A model generated the notes under the pieces. The model worked only from the letters and a program-made list of their open reading frames with translations, did not search any database and was not told where the DNA came from. 63,412 nt of DNA from Candidatus Brennerbacteria bacterium RIFOXYC1_FULL_41_11 (GTDB lineage Bacteria > Patescibacteriota > Minisyncoccia > UBA6257 > Brennerbacteraceae). The stretch spans positions 4,843-68,254 of the forward strand of contig MHHX01000012.1 of NCBI GenBank assembly GCA_001817215.1. The letters are read 5' to 3'. Of the stretch, positions 61,100 through 63,412 are shown piece after piece. Position 1 is the first letter of the stretch, and each line of letters starts with the position of its first letter. The translations under genes were made by a program, and so were the position numbers.

Positions 61100-61394
61100 T
61101 TGACTCGTGCTGGCCGCTTCGAGCTAGAACTGTGGACGGCTAGGCCCAGATTGGCTTAACCAAAGGAGGGTCCTGCCCTCAAAATGTCAGAACTGCGCTT
61201 TCCAGAGAGCCTGTAACAATGGTTGTACGTATGAACGGTATCTCGGTAACGGTACGTTTACGCCACTCTTTCCATACTGTGACGTATGGTATGGTTTATG
61301 TAGCCATATTGACAGCCGAATCAAGACGTTGCAGGCCGCACTCGCACAACAGTAAAATATGTAATAAAATGAGTTAGGATTCCTAACTCATTTT
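61100..61394 (+). ncRNA. Orphan structured leader/sRNA candidate ending in a strong terminator 7 nt before the next ATG
   Basis: G+C-rich, hairpin-dense, with no credible ORF. The terminator AAAAUGAGUUAGGA-u-UCCUAACUCAUUUU + AUUUUUU (61366-61401) has no upstream coding gene to terminate. Confidence 0.3.
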
Positions 61395-61401
61395 ATTTTT
61401 T

Positions 61402-61938
61402 ATGGAACAAACTTTAATTGAACCGACTGAATACTTAAAAAACGTATTCAAAGCAGATAACGTAAAATCCGAAAGCGAAATTATTGTTTTCGTTTTAAAA
61501 AAACTTAAAGAGTTAAACCTTGTTTACGGCAGAGACAAAGAAAAAGTATTTTTGAATCAAAGACCAGCAAGGACAGCTGAACAGATTTTAAAGGATGGTT
61601 ACATTAACGGCTGCACAGACGATGCAATTCTTTTTATCGCTGCTGTCAGATCTTTCGGTTTAAAACCGATTTATGTTGAGGTTATTGAAAAATCATGGCT
61701 TGAATCACCGATGGAACAGAACACGATACGGGGCCATGCTTATGTGGAGATGGATGATATTTTGGTTGATCCGCAAAGAAAGATTATCTACATTGATCCT
61801 GATTTTATCAAAACAAGATATATTGTTTTCGGTAAAGCCAATGAACCTTTTCAGCTTGGACTAACGGATTTCAAAACTATTGTTCAAAAGTTTATGGATT
61901 TCAAAGAAAAATATCAAGCTGAGCATAAGCTCTCGTAA
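61402..61938 (+). CDS. Transglutaminase-like cysteine-protease-fold protein
   Basis: GCTDDAILFIAAVRSFGLKP ... GHAYVE ... VDP gives a Cys-His-Asp arrangement of the transglutaminase core. Confidence 0.55.
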   Translation: MEQTLIEPTEYLKNVFKADNVKSESEIIVFVLKKLKELNLVYGRDKEKVFLNQRPARTAEQILKDGYINGCTDDAILFIAAVRSFGLKPIYVEVIEKSWLESPMEQNTIRGHAYVEMDDILVDPQRKIIYIDPDFIKTRYIVFGKANEPFQLGLTDFKTIVQKFMDFKEKYQAEHKLS

Positions 61939-61953
61939 GAAATACGAAATTAC

Positions 61954-62364
61954 CTAGACTTTTATCGTAACCGAATACTCTTTTTCTAAACTGTTTTTAG
62001 ATTTTTCATCGGAAACAGCCATCTGGTTCCAGATTTTTCTTTTTACTTGAAAATCTTTATCTCTTTCGAAAAACATATCGAATATTTTTATCAAATATTC
62101 ATTAAAATTGTTTGATTGCTTTAAAAGTTCTGTTAAGAAATCTGATATGGTTAGAGATTGTTCGTCTTTTTCTATGAAAAGTTTTTTGAGTTCAGGGTTG
62201 CCAGAATAACCATTAATTTCCAACAAATCTTTCAGCTCTTTTTGATTCAGAACAACAATAACCAAGGCTTCCTTAATGTAATCAATGGTTTCTCGGGAAA
62301 GATTTTTTATCTTGTTTTCGGGTTGAAGTTTTTTACAATAGTGCTTATTTTTATTTGGGCACAT
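61954..62364 (-). CDS. Hypothetical protein (136 aa)
   Basis: Clean ORF coupled to the upstream zinc-ribbon gene (14-nt overlap). Confidence 0.45.
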   Translation of the reverse strand: MCPNKNKHYCKKLQPENKIKNLSRETIDYIKEALVIVVLNQKELKDLLEINGYSGNPELKKLFIEKDEQSLTISDFLTELLKQSNNFNEYLIKIFDMFFERDKDFQVKRKIWNQMAVSDEKSKNSLEKEYSVTIKV

Positions 62365-62626
62365 TCCAGCGTTTGAGTTTTGGAATCTGATGCACCGCGA
62401 GCCAGCAGAAAATACGGTTCATTTTTATTTCATCGCGAAGAACTTTATTAACCAGTTCCTGCATCTCTTTAAGAGTCGTCCCTGGGTTGATAAATTCGCC
62501 GTTTTTGTAGCAACTACTGCAATATACACAGCTTTTCGAGCCGTCTTGCTCAGTGCCGCCACCTTGCTTGTCTGCTTTCAGCGGCATTCCGCAACTTTGA
62601 CATTGCTTATAGCATTTTTTGTCCAT
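62351..62626 (-). CDS. Zinc-ribbon domain protein (91 aa)
   Basis: CQSCGMPL......GTEQDGS.S..YCSSCY.NGEF pattern. Confidence 0.6.
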   Translation of the reverse strand: MDKKCYKQCQSCGMPLKADKQGGGTEQDGSKSCVYCSSCYKNGEFINPGTTLKEMQELVNKVLRDEIKMNRIFCWLAVHQIPKLKRWNVPK

Positions 62627-62804
62627 AATTTTATATCACAACGTTATTTAGACAAATTTATTATATCACCCCGATCCGTCTCGGTCGGAATGTTCTGTGC
62701 TTAAAATGAGACAAATGAGATAGCCGTTATGCTTGAAATTAATAGAAACAAAATATAAAGAGACGCTCATTGAGAGCGTCTCTTTCTTTTGATGTTCCGG
62801 ATGA

Positions 62805-63101
62805 TCAGAACAGGTCTCCGCCCACGGCGAGTTTAACCTCGGCCATGTTGCAAGTGACAGGCACGCCGAACTTCTGCGACAGATCGTTCAGCAGAGACAG
62901 TTTGGCGCGGATGGCATCAAAGCCTGGGATGATAATCATCTTGCCGGAGCCTTGGCGCTTGCCTTGCTCGTCATAGAGCAAGACGGCGGCCACGGGGCAG
63001 GCGCTGTAGACCTGATGCCCGAGACCGAGGGTTTCAACCAGAACAGGCATCATGGCATCAACCTCATTCTGGCTGAATCCTGCGAATTGAATGATATTCA
63101 T
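62805..63101 (-). CDS. Hypothetical protein (98 aa), G+C-rich cassette G
   Basis: ATG at 63101 is preceded by CAGAAGGAGACTCC. The longer track ORF extends upstream through the leader. Confidence 0.5.
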   Translation of the reverse strand: MNIIQFAGFSQNEVDAMMPVLVETLGLGHQVYSACPVAAVLLYDEQGKRQGSGKMIIIPGFDAIRAKLSLLNDLSQKFGVPVTCNMAEVKLAVGGDLF

Positions 63102-63224
63102 GGAGTCTCCTTCTGCAAAGTGGTCTGGGTGGAACTGTCGATAATTAAACCACAACTATTTGACTTTTACAAGAGAAAGTTTTATTATTCGAAAAGCACA
63201 AAATCTGTTTCTGTAGGAGGAACA

Positions 63225-63412
63225 ATGACACGACAAGTTGTAGTTCACATGCTGGATGATAGTCGAGACGGCATCGAGGGTATCGTCGGACTAATGACGT
63301 TTTCCCCGCCGCCGCGATTCGCGGGCCCCGATCAGGATGCGTTCGTGGAAGTGACCTTGAGCTGGAACCGCGATCAGAATCGGTGCGGTCCATTCAAATT
63401 CAACATCGGACC
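63225..63412 (+). CDS. Hypothetical protein, 5' part only (runs off the window), G+C-rich
   Basis: ATG at 63225 is preceded by GTAGGAGGAACA. TTGACT-17-TATTAT lies upstream. The frame is open to the window end. Not in the ORF track because there is no stop. Confidence 0.4.
   Translation, partial: MTRQVVVHMLDDSRDGIEGIVGLMTFSPPPRFAGPDQDAFVEVTLSWNRDQNRCGPFKFNIG

Noticed and set aside
61318-61356. tmRNA-like tag frame (…KTLQAALAQQ-stop)
   Set aside because: No tRNA-like acceptor or T-arm and no 3' CCA context are present. The frame sits at the 3' end next to a terminator rather than about 90 nt from a 5' end, and the tag does not end in the usual (L/V)AA.

Overview
This 63.4-kb window is A+T-rich, densely packed and mostly housekeeping. 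Its style fits a reduced-genome bacterium of the Patescibacteria/CPR type; that assignment is an inference from gene content, short genes, divergent enolase and many small membrane ORFs, not a search result. Genes recognised from protein motifs: mrdA, greA, lysS, eno, rsmI, fmt, def, rplI, rpmA, obg, gltX, murG, ftsW, secDF, nfo, mutM, typA, an ABC-F ATPase, Ctp protease, two M23 peptidases, an M16 peptidase, a YbaK-type deacylase and a UvrD-like helicase-nuclease. There is one tRNA (Lys-UUU), no rRNA and no CRISPR array.

Things I could not explain with ordinary annotation:
1. About a dozen small, visibly G+C-richer, self-contained cassettes (sigma70-like promoter, strong Shine-Dalgarno, hairpin terminator) sit among native genes that have no SD and often a -10 box 6-9 nt from the ATG. 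Two cassettes have TA-dinucleotide tracts as the promoter spacer.
2. A GIY-YIG mini-cassette is bracketed by a 42-nt duplication of the tRNA-Lys 3' half.
3. A perfect 32-34-nt palindromic element occurs three times, once in frame inside ybaK. A 21-nt repeat occurs once in frame inside a methyltransferase.
4. Three intergenic tracts look like orphan structured RNAs, at 26.95-27.3 kb, 32.07-32.2 kb and 61.1-61.4 kb.
5. A small islet carries an integrase, an HTH-Panacea/RelE-like TA pair, a methyltransferase-Mrr fusion and a degenerate DHH protein.
6. A Trp-rich secreted protein plus a 50-aa membrane peptide form a module with duplicated hairpins.

All functional calls rest on motif recognition by eye. 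No database search was possible.
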